Shown here in pieces: positions 16,070-25,919 of a stretch of DNA of 64,000 nucleotides (position 1 is the stretch's first letter; every line of letters begins with the position of its first letter). The DNA is from a phage. The translations under genes were made by a program, and so were the position numbers. The notes below the pieces were generated by a model. It was not told where the DNA came from. It did not search any database and was given only the letters and a program-made list of their open reading frames with translations. The stretch is from sequence record PQ400055.1; one strand, written 5' to 3'.

Positions 16070-16726
16070 TTAAATGTTCGCGAGAATCTCGCTTTCAAAT
16101 TCTTCTAATGTGCCATTATTTATGATAACTGTTTCACCGTCAATAGGCAAAATTCCTTTTTCGGTGGAGTGAGTCGATACAATACCAGTATCACGCTGAA
16201 TATGCAACACCTTAGCACCCATAGCACGCATAAGAGCAATTTCAATAGGCTGACGCACATCAACCACTACAAAATACCCTTCTTCATTTTTTCGCTTCAT
16301 AAACTCATTCACGAAGAGATTACACCAATAAAGCGGATTGATCAAGTTAACCATTATATCAGTACCGAGAGTGGTTAACATGAGACGAATAGACCAGACG
16401 TTATTATGTTTTTCGCCAATCTCATTAACGACCTTGTAAATCTCAGCCAGACGATCACAAGTAAAGGAACTACCGCCATACTTCGAATCTAGCATAAGCA
16501 GACACTGAATAAACCACTTATGCGCGGTATAGGTATCAATACCTAGATCGGCTTCTCTGTCACGCCCTAACCCGTCAAAGTCAAGATAAGTCAGACCTAA
16601 GTCTGGTTGACATTCGCACAATATTTCTTTGATCGGTGCTGCCAGTTGATAACTATGTCCATCAATGATTAACGCGGCAGTGTCTTTTCCTACTCGCTTT
16701 TTACCACAAAGTGCAATCAATTTCAT
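16070..16726 (-). CDS. 1: deoxynucleoside monophosphate kinase
   Basis: P-loop GKKRVGKDT; size and position as T4 gene 1. Confidence 0.8.
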   Translation of the reverse strand: MKLIALCGKKRVGKDTAALIIDGHSYQLAAPIKEILCECQPDLGLTYLDFDGLGRDREADLGIDTYTAHKWFIQCLLMLDSKYGGSSFTCDRLAEIYKVVNEIGEKHNNVWSIRLMLTTLGTDIMVNLINPLYWCNLFVNEFMKRKNEEGYFVVVDVRQPIEIALMRAMGAKVLHIQRDTGIVSTHSTEKGILPIDGETVIINNGTLEEFESEILANI

Positions 16727-16741
16727 TATATAAGCCTCTTA

Positions 16742-17332
16742 TTACTTTCTAAAAGCAGGGTGCATAGCTTTAATACCTTCCACCCTCTGACGATCCGCCG
16801 CCTGAATTGCTGGGCGAGGAACGATCAGTTGACCATCACGTTCAATGCTCATTGTTTTAAAGGGAAGAATTGCAGTACACACCAGAGATTCATGCATATC
16901 ATCGGTGTATGTTAACTCAAGTTCCCCCAATTGTGAACACCAACAACCATAAAAGTTAAAAGTGCACACAATGTTACGTCGTTCGTTGTCCATCATGTGA
17001 ACTTGAACGGCTTCCGGCATTGAATCCTTCCACGATGTGGAGTTACCGTTATTGTAGTCTACTATAGAAAGCATCCATGTGTAAAGGTTTAGATAGCTTT
17101 CCAAATGCTCATCAACGATAAACCGGACTACCAACGGGTCAAACTCCACATGACTAGACGGATAATCAGCGACCGCCAAACCATATTGACCAGCAACTTG
17201 CTTAGTCGGTGGAATGGTTATAGCCGGAAGTGTAACACCTTGACAGTTTAAAGTAAAGCCTTTTGTTAGTTGACCATCTGGAATGGCAATCTGCCAGTTG
17301 CTAGGGTTAGCATAGTTAAAGAGATTGGACAT
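16742..17332 (-). CDS. 3: tail completion/sheath stabiliser gp3-like
   Basis: Synteny between gene 1 and gene 2. Confidence 0.6.
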   Translation of the reverse strand: MSNLFNYANPSNWQIAIPDGQLTKGFTLNCQGVTLPAITIPPTKQVAGQYGLAVADYPSSHVEFDPLVVRFIVDEHLESYLNLYTWMLSIVDYNNGNSTSWKDSMPEAVQVHMMDNERRNIVCTFNFYGCWCSQLGELELTYTDDMHESLVCTAILPFKTMSIERDGQLIVPRPAIQAADRQRVEGIKAMHPAFRK

Positions 17333-17362
17333 TACGATTCCTTAAATGAAAATATTTATCAA

Positions 17363-17896
17363 CTAAAAATTTAAACTAGCATAATCTCCAAAATGTTCCT
17401 TTGCTGCTTCGTCATAAGCCTTTGCAGCATCAACTTCGTCAAGAAAGACGCCCAAATGGACCTTTCTACGATTGATTGATATCTGAGCACACCATTTGTT
17501 ATTCTGTGTTCTAATCACTCCTTTATACTTACTCTTACAACCATCAAGTTTTCCGCGATTGAACGCATTTTCCTGAGAAGTGGATTCTCTCAAGTTATCC
17601 GGTGCATTATTTTCTCGGTTTCTATCTACATGGTCGATCATTTTAACTTGCGTACCATGTTCAAGATACCAAACAACCCTATGAACTTTAATGACCAAAG
17701 AATAGCCATCACTGCGCCAAAACTTAAAACATAGATAACCTCGACTATTTTTATAAACTTTAACCGGGTCTCCTGCCTTATACCATCGACCATTCTTTCC
17801 ACTATCTTTCAAATGATACAATATACCATTAACGTGTTTATACTTATCTCTAATTTCTTTTTGTGTAAAATCATCCCACATCTTAAAACCAGACAT
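17363..17896 (-). CDS. HNH endonuclease with AP2 DNA-binding domain (homing-endonuclease-like)
   Basis: HVDRNRENNAPDNLRESTSQENAFN (HNH) and YKGVIRTQNNKWCAQISINRRKVHLGVFLDEVDAAKAYDEAA (AP2-like); inserted between genes 3 and 2. Confidence 0.75.
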   Translation of the reverse strand: MSGFKMWDDFTQKEIRDKYKHVNGILYHLKDSGKNGRWYKAGDPVKVYKNSRGYLCFKFWRSDGYSLVIKVHRVVWYLEHGTQVKMIDHVDRNRENNAPDNLRESTSQENAFNRGKLDGCKSKYKGVIRTQNNKWCAQISINRRKVHLGVFLDEVDAAKAYDEAAKEHFGDYASLNF

Positions 17897-18001
17897 ACAT
17901 TTTCTCCTGATATTATTAATAACAACATCAATCTAACACATCCAGTATATAATGTCAATTGTCGCTTTGCGACGTGCCGTAGGCACTGACTACTTTTTAA
18001 C

Positions 18002-18057
18002 CGAAACAAATTTTTATTATTCTAAAGATCTTTCTTCGTTTTGGTTATGTTTTAACC
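18002..18057 (+). repeat. repeat element copy A (cgaaacaaatttttattattctaaagatctttcttcgttttggttatgttttaacc)
   Basis: Matches copies B and C near gp24; upstream of plus-strand 84-aa ORF. Confidence 0.7.
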
Positions 18058-18113
18058 AATAACTATATTTTTATACAGTAATAAATAAAACTGGTACTAT
18101 ACGAGGACTTCTT

Positions 18114-18368
18114 ATGACAGAAGACATTTTGTTAAAACTCTATGATCGTCTGGATAACGAATTAGCAACATTGCGGGGTGAAGTTCTCTATTTGTCTAAA
18201 TGCAATACAGATCTGCTTAAGCAGATTGCAGAAAGGGATGATCAAATAAAATCCCTTTCAGGTGCATTACGTGATCGCGACAAGGCATTAGAGATTTTAC
18301 AGCGTGTTACCAATAAGGAAGAATTAAAAGACTTCTTACATGGTTATGCTCATGCCATCGATCTATAA
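18114..18368 (+). CDS. small coiled-coil protein (84 aa), opposite strand to neighbours
   Basis: GAGGA SD 8 nt upstream; preceded by repeat element A; followed by bidirectional hairpin. Confidence 0.5.
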   Translation: MTEDILLKLYDRLDNELATLRGEVLYLSKCNTDLLKQIAERDDQIKSLSGALRDRDKALEILQRVTNKEELKDFLHGYAHAIDL

Positions 18369-18370
18369 TA

Positions 18371-18400
18371 AAAAAGCCCGTCAATGACGGGCTTAATTTT
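18371..18400. terminator. bidirectional hairpin terminator between convergent genes
   Basis: gcccgtc-aatg-acgggc flanked by A-run and T-rich run. Confidence 0.55.
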
Positions 18401-19430
18401 AATATGTATCAGCTAATTTAATTATGTTATCAAGTTCCGTGATTGTTAAAGTTTCTGTGTATCCATCTTTCAACATGGATTTATCAACAACGCCACAATG
18501 ATAAGTTCTCTTTATTTCCTTTTCAAGTTCCCACGGAATCCAGCCATCAACACTTTGTTTGACGTAAACAAGTTTGTGAACAAACTTAGATTTCTGCATA
18601 TGTTGTTTCATTCTGGTTTCCGGTAATTCATTGGTTACACCAAACTTTATAAATTTATCATCTAACGTCTGGATATAAAAATATCCCATCTCAGATGGAC
18701 GATAGCCAGAAGAACTACATTTCGGACACCCTTTAGATCTATGGCCATCAAAAGTACAAAATCTAACAGAAAACTCCTGATTGTGTTTATTGCACTTCAT
18801 TTTCAACCATGATTTATCAGATCCTATCCATCCACCATCAAATTCAATAAAACTATAATTTAATTGGTCGCATCTTTCAATTATTCGTTTAATAGCCACA
18901 CTTTCTGGTAACAAGTGTGTTGTCTTTTTACTTTCGTTTACACATTTCTTACAACCACATGTTCCACACTTCGTGAAGTTAAAGAATTGTGTGTTCTTCC
19001 AAATATGGTTATGTTTCTTACATTTTAATATCATTTTAGTAGTGACGTGCTTCCACGCACCAACAAAACCTAAAAATTCATAGTTTAATTCCTCACATCT
19101 TTCTTTTGCTATTTTAATAGCGTCTTCTTCTAGTAAAGACCCGTTACACTGCGGACAGCCTACTATAACCTTTTTACCATAGAAACTATTGCTAGAAACA
19201 TCATAGACAGACCCATGCTTATTGCATTGGATAACAGATCTAGTCAATTTTCCTTTCCATTCTCCAGAAAATCCTAAGAATGTATGGTCGACAAGTTTAC
19301 ACCTTTCAATAACTTTATCCGCAAATTCTCTAGGAGATTTTGTTACTTTGTTTACTCTATATTCTATTTCTTCCGGTTGACGAAGATCATAAACGTGGGG
19401 ATTGCTCCCCACGGAATTAATATTACGCAT
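18399..19430 (-). CDS. protein with three Cys4 zinc-ribbon repeats and C-terminal T5orf172/GIY-YIG-like domain
   Basis: Three ~60-aa repeats F(L/I)GF.G.W...C.KH...GCP.C; C-terminal GYFYIQ...KFIKFGVTNELPETRMKQH; start ATG 19428-19430 overlaps gp2 stop (ATGCGTAA). Confidence 0.6.
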   Translation of the reverse strand: MRNINSVGSNPHVYDLRQPEEIEYRVNKVTKSPREFADKVIERCKLVDHTFLGFSGEWKGKLTRSVIQCNKHGSVYDVSSNSFYGKKVIVGCPQCNGSLLEEDAIKIAKERCEELNYEFLGFVGAWKHVTTKMILKCKKHNHIWKNTQFFNFTKCGTCGCKKCVNESKKTTHLLPESVAIKRIIERCDQLNYSFIEFDGGWIGSDKSWLKMKCNKHNQEFSVRFCTFDGHRSKGCPKCSSSGYRPSEMGYFYIQTLDDKFIKFGVTNELPETRMKQHMQKSKFVHKLVYVKQSVDGWIPWELEKEIKRTYHCGVVDKSMLKDGYTETLTITELDNIIKLADTY

Positions 19431-20244
19431 CTTTCCACACCTTCCTTGCATCGTAATTTTTGCCCTTTGACAAGAAACGGAACGTTGGCATGAATATGAC
19501 ATTCCCCCAGTCTTTCGGGCTAATCTCAACAAGTTTTGTTTTAATGTGTCCCGGTAGATATGCTTTGATCATGTGATCACTTCCACGCATACCTTTTACA
19601 TCGCTCCATTTGATTTTTAAGCGTGTTTTATTGCTCAAGGTAGGAGTAGATGCATATTGCTTTAAAAGTGCCTCTAAAAACTGCTGACGGGCTTTAGGAG
19701 TTACATAGTGTAAGTTAAGACCCAACATTACAGTATTACCCGCCTTTGTCTTAGAATCACCCAGACAAATGATCAGCGGGAAAACATCCCAATATGGCAA
19801 AGTGTCTTTATACTTCGCATCATACATAAAGGTATAGATTCGACCTACTTGCGGTTTTACAATCTGGTGTCCCTTTATTCCCGCTTTTATTGTTTTAGTA
19901 AACCACTCCTGTGATTTTTCTTTAGGACGACTCTTTGATACAGCACGCATAGACGCACGAAAATCATTAATCATCATCATTGCGCGTTGCTGCTTATTGA
20001 GACCCTTTGCGCCTTTCCCTTTTAGTTTTTCAACTTCTATTGCTGTTTTAATTTCGCTGGCATAACGAGACATACTTTTAGTGAAAGTCGCATAGGCTAT
20101 TCCCTTAGAATCTGCAAATGCTTTAGCTGTCATTCCTTTGGCTTTTGCTTTCGCAAATTCTACACCCAATTCGACCCACTGTTTAGACTTTCGTTTTTGG
20201 GGAGACGGCTTTTCGTCTTCTGTGATTATTTCAAATACGCTCAT
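19423..20244 (-). CDS. 2: DNA end-protector protein gp2-like
   Basis: Size (273 aa) and synteny between gp3-region and gp4. Confidence 0.7.
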   Translation of the reverse strand: MSVFEIITEDEKPSPQKRKSKQWVELGVEFAKAKAKGMTAKAFADSKGIAYATFTKSMSRYASEIKTAIEVEKLKGKGAKGLNKQQRAMMMINDFRASMRAVSKSRPKEKSQEWFTKTIKAGIKGHQIVKPQVGRIYTFMYDAKYKDTLPYWDVFPLIICLGDSKTKAGNTVMLGLNLHYVTPKARQQFLEALLKQYASTPTLSNKTRLKIKWSDVKGMRGSDHMIKAYLPGHIKTKLVEISPKDWGNVIFMPTFRFLSKGKNYDARKVWKDA

Positions 20245-20255
20245 AATATTATCCT

Positions 20256-20729
20256 CTATTTGTTAAGCCCTTTAAAGCCAAACACTTTCTTTAATGCATG
20301 TTCGGTGATGATCTTAAACTCCATGTTATGCTTTTGGCATAATTTCACGGCAGCTAACCATTTTTCAGTATTTTTTGTGTACGTCCACACTTCATGCATA
20401 TATCGTTGCTTTGTCTTTGCGGTCATTCTTTTTGGCTTTTCCGGTGGCCTTGTCTCTTTAGCTGGTTTAACTTCCCATAAATGCTCCTTGCCATCATCAA
20501 ACTTAACGTAAAAATCCATAAAGTATCTGTGTCTTTTCCCGTCTGTTGATGACTCATAAGGAATTACTACGGTCTCAGATCCCCATTTTGCAACTCTAGG
20601 ATTGCGGTCTAGCCACTGCATGATCCATCTTTCCCAGCTTGAACGGTATGTGATCTTACGTATATCCCCTTTATACTTTTCCTTATTCTCAGGAACATAC
20701 TTGCCCTTATAAGTGTTAGATCCTCCCAT
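20256..20729 (-). CDS. 4: head completion protein gp4-like
   Basis: Size (157 aa), synteny next to gene 53; YRSSWE...DFYVKF...EVKP motif. Confidence 0.7.
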   Translation of the reverse strand: MGGSNTYKGKYVPENKEKYKGDIRKITYRSSWERWIMQWLDRNPRVAKWGSETVVIPYESSTDGKRHRYFMDFYVKFDDGKEHLWEVKPAKETRPPEKPKRMTAKTKQRYMHEVWTYTKNTEKWLAAVKLCQKHNMEFKIITEHALKKVFGFKGLNK

Positions 20730-20730
20730 T

Positions 20731-20783
20731 TTAGCACCCTTTATTATAAATACATAATACTATTTATCAATTGAGGGTGCTAA
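20731..20783. repeat. perfect 9-bp inverted repeat (ttagcaccc / gggtgctaa) bracketing the gp4/gp53 divergent control region
   Basis: Arms at 20731-20739 and 20775-20783 enclose TATAAATA late promoter. Confidence 0.6.
20745..20752 (+). promoter_or_regulatory. T4-type late promoter TATAAATA
   Basis: Exact TATAAATA 33 nt upstream of gp53 ATG. Confidence 0.6.
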
Positions 20784-20784
20784 A

Positions 20785-21339
20785 ATGCTCTTTTCTTTCT
20801 TCCCTGCCATTGAATACAACGGCAAGATGATTACTGACATTGTGCGCAATTACCGCGCATATTTCAACGCAATAATTTCTGATTATAACATACAAACATA
20901 TTACATTCAAGGTAGTCCACGACCGGAACAAGTTGCATATGAAGTATACGGAAACCAACAACTTTATTGGATCTTGCTGATGCTTAATGACGTATACGAC
21001 CCGTTCCATGACTGGATCACCGATCAAGAGACAGCATATGAATCAGCCGAACAACGATATGCAAACGTAGGAGGAAATCAAGTATTATACCACGTTGATA
21101 TTGACGGAAACAAGTATTGGAATCTTACCGAATATCCGAAAGGATCAAGCAATTGGTATGATAAAGGGGATATTCATCACCGTCATTTGCAGTTTCAGGG
21201 TGCATTATCGGCAGTAGACACACTGGAAGATGCGATCCTCCGTAATGAGGAACGACGCAAGATCAAGATCATAGATCCTACACAAATTAAACAATTTATT
21301 AACGCATTCATTCGAGAAATGGAAAAGGCTGATGTGTAA
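20785..21339 (+). CDS. 53: baseplate wedge protein gp53
   Basis: MLFSFFPAIEY...TYYIQGSPRPE...YWILLMLNDVYDP matches T4 gp53 as recalled. Confidence 0.9.
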   Translation: MLFSFFPAIEYNGKMITDIVRNYRAYFNAIISDYNIQTYYIQGSPRPEQVAYEVYGNQQLYWILLMLNDVYDPFHDWITDQETAYESAEQRYANVGGNQVLYHVDIDGNKYWNLTEYPKGSSNWYDKGDIHHRHLQFQGALSAVDTLEDAILRNEERRKIKIIDPTQIKQFINAFIREMEKADV

Positions 21340-21350
21340 GGTGATTAATT

Positions 21351-23150
21351 ATGCTAATGTTTAATAACTCCGTTAAATGGTTTACCGGAATTGTAGAAAA
21401 CAGGGAAGACCCATTAATGCTGGGGCGTGTTCAGGTTAGGATTCATGGTATACATCCCTCGCTATCCGCACACGGTGACATTCAAGGTCTTCCAACCGAA
21501 GATCTATTATGGATTACGCCAGTACAAGATATTACAAGCGCGGCGATCTCCGGTATAGGTCAAAGCCCTACTGGTATTGTTGAAGGTTCAATGGTATTTG
21601 GTTTGGCTTTAGATGAACGTTATTTAAACTGCGTTATTCTGGGTACTATTGCCGGACAATATACAGAGAAACCACTCACTACAGAGGGTTTTTGTGACCC
21701 TTCTGGTGCATATCCTCGTTATATTGGTAATGATGTTAATATTCTTGCTCGTGGCGGTATTAACCCAGAAACCGGACAAACAACAAAACCTGATAGTGTC
21801 TATATTAGAGATGAAAACACTGGAGTTGCAGTAAATCCAGACGACGAGCCATTAGACCAAATTCCGGTTGATGATAATCCTGATTTTACAATAGAAAAAA
21901 TGCTGCGGGGCGATGAGGGATATCGCGAGAAATGGTATCTTGATTCAGAAGGATATCCGACAATAGGCATCGGGCATTTGATCATTTATAAGAAAACCAG
22001 TGATCTTGGTATTATCAATAATGAACTTTCTAAGCTGGTAGGGCGTGAAGTTACAAACGGAAGACTTACCGCCGAAGAAGTTAGTAAAGTATTTGCCGAC
22101 GATATAGAAAAGACTCGTCGTGATATGCGCAAACATCCACGAATTGCACCTGTCTATAATAAATGTAATGCCTCACGTCGTATGGCATTAGAAAATATGG
22201 CGTTTCAAATGGGTGTTGGAGGATTGGGTAAATTTAAGAATAGTCTTGCTGCGATGTTAGCGGAAGAATGGAAACAAGCCTATGATGGATTACGTCAATC
22301 GGTATGGGCTAACCAAACTCCAGGACGCTCCAGCCGTGTTTCTAAAATTATTTTAACTGGTAACTTAGAATCATATGGCGTAATTGCTCCAAAGAAAGAG
22401 GAATCAATTTCGGATGATCCGCGAGCACGTTTGAGAAATGCCCGTATTGCTGCCTATAAGACGCAGAGAGCAGAAGAAGACCCAGAAGCACCGTTTACCC
22501 CACAAGACACACGAATCATGTTTAAAGAGCCTAAGAGTTCGTATTCTGCAAGGTATCCATATAACCATGTGTACGAGTCAGAGAGCGGTCATATTATCGA
22601 GATTGATGATACTCCTTCTCATGAGCGATATCATCGTAAACATCCTTCTGGTACATTTGAAGAAACCAGACCGGACGGAACGAGGGTAGAAAAGATTGAA
22701 GGTGATGATTATCTGATCGTTAAACAAGGCCGGAAAGTAAACGTCAAGGGTAATTTGCAAGTTGTTGTTGAAGGTGACGCGCAAGTTTATTATATGGGTA
22801 ATGTGATGCAAACCGTTGATGGTAACGTCACTGAATTTATTCGTGGCAATGTTAATCAGACCGTTGAAGGTGCTGCTAACATGCATGTTGTTGGTGATGT
22901 TATCGCACAGCTTGACGCTAATTTGACGGCTAACGTCAAGGGTAATGCTGAATTAATGATCGATGGTAACACTACCGAAACAATTAAAGGTAACTATGAT
23001 TTAACCGTTGAGGGTAATTTTAATATGACAGTCAATGGCACTAAATCAGATCAGGTTAATGGTGACTGGTCCCGTAATTGTGGTGCAAGCGTTAAAGATA
23101 TTGCATCTGGTACAGTTAAAATTGATGGTAGCCGTATTGATCTTGGGTGA
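21351..23150 (+). CDS. 5: baseplate hub/cell-puncturing protein gp5 with lysozyme domain
   Basis: N-terminal OB domain, central lysozyme-like GYREKWYLDSEGYPTIGIGHLI, C-terminal beta-helix VxGNxxxxV repeats. Confidence 0.92.
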   Translation: MLMFNNSVKWFTGIVENREDPLMLGRVQVRIHGIHPSLSAHGDIQGLPTEDLLWITPVQDITSAAISGIGQSPTGIVEGSMVFGLALDERYLNCVILGTIAGQYTEKPLTTEGFCDPSGAYPRYIGNDVNILARGGINPETGQTTKPDSVYIRDENTGVAVNPDDEPLDQIPVDDNPDFTIEKMLRGDEGYREKWYLDSEGYPTIGIGHLIIYKKTSDLGIINNELSKLVGREVTNGRLTAEEVSKVFADDIEKTRRDMRKHPRIAPVYNKCNASRRMALENMAFQMGVGGLGKFKNSLAAMLAEEWKQAYDGLRQSVWANQTPGRSSRVSKIILTGNLESYGVIAPKKEESISDDPRARLRNARIAAYKTQRAEEDPEAPFTPQDTRIMFKEPKSSYSARYPYNHVYESESGHIIEIDDTPSHERYHRKHPSGTFEETRPDGTRVEKIEGDDYLIVKQGRKVNVKGNLQVVVEGDAQVYYMGNVMQTVDGNVTEFIRGNVNQTVEGAANMHVVGDVIAQLDANLTANVKGNAELMIDGNTTETIKGNYDLTVEGNFNMTVNGTKSDQVNGDWSRNCGASVKDIASGTVKIDGSRIDLG

Positions 23151-23158
23151 GGTAACTA

Positions 23159-23725
23159 ATGGTTGAAATTCTTCCGATGAGTTCAAAATTGGAGGATATC
23201 AGCGAGCGAGAAATCTTTGAGGTGGTGTTCTCTTATAAAGCAACGCCACCGGATGCAAATACCACATACACGATTAAAGAGTTTAAGATCAGCGAGTATC
23301 GCCCTAATAAGGGCGTTACCGTTGAAGAAACTAAAATATCTGGTGAGTATCGGGATAGTTTTTCGCTTGGCGCGGATTCTCTTAAATATATAACGAAAGA
23401 TAGAATTAAAAAATCTGCCGGAAGTTTTGATGATTTACCAGATCCAACTACCGCAGATCTATATTATTTTAACGCTCCTACACGTCTACAGGAGGTTTAT
23501 ACTTATAAAGTAACCCTAACCTATATCCAATCTGTTTCAGAGTCTTCTGGCGGTTCTGGTGAAGGAAATAGTGGTGGTTCCAATAGCCGAGAGGGTGCTG
23601 GTGAAACTAATCCGCCTCCGGTAGTAACAGAACACACAATAGAGAAAGTTTATACTCAAACCGTTTTTGGAAATTGGGATGTGTGGAGTAAACAGTTAAG
23701 AGATTATGTACATAGGGGTGTTTAA
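23159..23725 (+). CDS. hypothetical protein (gene 5.1 position)
   Basis: ORF between gp5 and gp5.4. Confidence 0.5.
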   Translation: MVEILPMSSKLEDISEREIFEVVFSYKATPPDANTTYTIKEFKISEYRPNKGVTVEETKISGEYRDSFSLGADSLKYITKDRIKKSAGSFDDLPDPTTADLYYFNAPTRLQEVYTYKVTLTYIQSVSESSGGSGEGNSGGSNSREGAGETNPPPVVTEHTIEKVYTQTVFGNWDVWSKQLRDYVHRGV

Positions 23726-24018
23726 TGGCTGGATTATCCTACGATAAAGCTAAAACTACAGGGCACGGAAACTACCCACCTACGGTAATTAATGCAACTC
23801 AATCTAAGGTATTTGTTGAGGGTATCCCTGTATTAGTCGAAGGAGACCCAATTACACCACATACAAAAACAACAAAGCCTTATGATACACACGGGGGAAC
23901 TACGGTCGCCAGTACCCCGAAAGTATTTGTTACCGGAAAGAAAGCAATTCAAATGGCAGATCGTATTAGCTGTGGCGATACCGTCGCTATGGCATCACCG
24001 AAGGTATTCATAAAATGA
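23725..24018 (+). CDS. 5.4: PAAR-repeat spike tip protein gp5.4-like
   Basis: 97 aa, same size and position as T4 gp5.4. Confidence 0.75.
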   Translation: MAGLSYDKAKTTGHGNYPPTVINATQSKVFVEGIPVLVEGDPITPHTKTTKPYDTHGGTTVASTPKVFVTGKKAIQMADRISCGDTVAMASPKVFIK

Positions 24019-25919
24019 CAAAGCAAAAGATTACACAAATTCCTGATATTTTTAATGCTGCTACGTTTGATGAAATTAAAAGCGCATTAACAGACTGGAT
24101 GAGAAACCAGGAAGAATTTAAAGATTTTGATTTTAATGGTGCTGGTATTAACGTATTGATGGACTTGCTCGCATATAATACCCTTTATATTCAGCAATTC
24201 GCTAACGCCGCGCTATATGAATCTTTTATCAGAACGGCAATTAAGCGTAGTTCAGTTGTTCAAGCCGCGCAAGATTTAGGATATTTGCCAGCAAGTAAAA
24301 CTAGTGCATCGACTACAATTATGTTGCACGTAACACATCCGCGAAATCCGGCAAGTATTCGAATCCCACGAGGAACTAAATTTATTGCAAGTGTGGATCG
24401 CCAGACGTCTTATCCGTTTGTGACTACAGAAGACGTTGTGAGTGTTTTAGGTTCAAATGGTTTATATACGCCTATGCTTAAAGTCGCACAAGGTCGTATT
24501 GTTCGTACAGAAATGTTATTTGATCCGAAGAAACAAATTCTGATCCGCGATCCTGATATTGACCGCGCTCAGGTTAAGTTGTGGGTAGATGGTGCTGAAT
24601 GGAAAGACTGGACGCGAGAAAGTATTGTTAATGCAACTGGCGCTAGTAATATTTTCTATATGCGTGAAACCGTAGACGGACATACTGAAATTTTCTTTGG
24701 TGAGGGTGAATCAACTTTATCTGCCGCTGGCGGTGCACTGGAAGCAAATTATATTGGTGGACTTAAGCCGTCAACTGGTGCTAATATTGTTATCGAATAT
24801 ATCAGCACTAAAGGCGCGGAAGCAAACGGTTCAGTTAATTTCACATACGCGGATACATTGGCATCAATTTCTATTGTTAAAATTATTGAGAATCCGACAA
24901 ATGATCGTGATTATGTCGGTGCAGATGGTGGTGGTGATCCTGAATCAATCGAACGTATCCGTGAACTTGCTCCGGTAATGCGTGAATCTCAGCGTCGTTG
25001 TGTGACTGCTTCCGACTATGAGGCTTTTGTGTCTAGCCGTTTTGGTAGTATTGTTCAGGCGGTACAATGTTTCACCGACCGAGAAAAACCGGGTTATGCT
25101 TTTGTTGCTGTTAAGCCTAAATCTGGCTTGCGCTTGACAACCGTTCAAAAAGAAGATATGCGGGATTATCTGGCAAAATATAACCTTGCCCCTATCACGC
25201 CGAGCATCATTGACCCTAACTATCTGTATATTAAACAGAATATTAAAGTTTCCTATTCAATCAACGACTTGTCAGAATCAGAGCAGTGGTTGCGCGGTGC
25301 GGTTATTGATCAGATTGATGCATATTATACCGACGAAGTGGAAATTTTTAACCAGACATTTAGTAAGTCTAAAATGCTTGCTCGTATTGACAAAGCTGAT
25401 GTATCTGTGATAGGTTCTAGTGCAGAAATCGAGATGGTGCGAGAGATCGACAACTTCTATAAAGCACCGATGGCGGGAATCAAGTTTTTAAACCAGTATA
25501 AGAGCGGAATCAAGTCTAGTTCATTCAACTTCGAAAAGGACGACAAGCAATATCCGATCCATTATGTAAGTACAGAAATGAACAAAGAATCCGGTTTAGC
25601 TAAATTGCTGGTTGGACCTTTCCCTGTTGATTCTACAATCGCTTTACCGCACTATTCCGGCACTGATTTTGATAAAGAGGTTATTGACGGTGCGGACCTA
25701 TACTTTGAGGTTGGAGAGGTTCAGCATTATGACGACCTTATTTCATGGGATCTGGGTAAACTGAATATCAATAGCGATCGCTTTACTGGTTCATATATTG
25801 AGTTGACAGCTAAACCGATTGCTGATAACATCTTTACTAAAGACGGTTCTTTGATCGTGTTTGAAAACGATCTCCGTCCTCAGTACACAACTATTAGTCT
25901 GGAGGCAATTGCTCAATGA
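24015..25919 (+). CDS. 6: baseplate wedge protein gp6
   Basis: Size and synteny. Confidence 0.85.
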   Translation: MTKQKITQIPDIFNAATFDEIKSALTDWMRNQEEFKDFDFNGAGINVLMDLLAYNTLYIQQFANAALYESFIRTAIKRSSVVQAAQDLGYLPASKTSASTTIMLHVTHPRNPASIRIPRGTKFIASVDRQTSYPFVTTEDVVSVLGSNGLYTPMLKVAQGRIVRTEMLFDPKKQILIRDPDIDRAQVKLWVDGAEWKDWTRESIVNATGASNIFYMRETVDGHTEIFFGEGESTLSAAGGALEANYIGGLKPSTGANIVIEYISTKGAEANGSVNFTYADTLASISIVKIIENPTNDRDYVGADGGGDPESIERIRELAPVMRESQRRCVTASDYEAFVSSRFGSIVQAVQCFTDREKPGYAFVAVKPKSGLRLTTVQKEDMRDYLAKYNLAPITPSIIDPNYLYIKQNIKVSYSINDLSESEQWLRGAVIDQIDAYYTDEVEIFNQTFSKSKMLARIDKADVSVIGSSAEIEMVREIDNFYKAPMAGIKFLNQYKSGIKSSSFNFEKDDKQYPIHYVSTEMNKESGLAKLLVGPFPVDSTIALPHYSGTDFDKEVIDGADLYFEVGEVQHYDDLISWDLGKLNINSDRFTGSYIELTAKPIADNIFTKDGSLIVFENDLRPQYTTISLEAIAQ

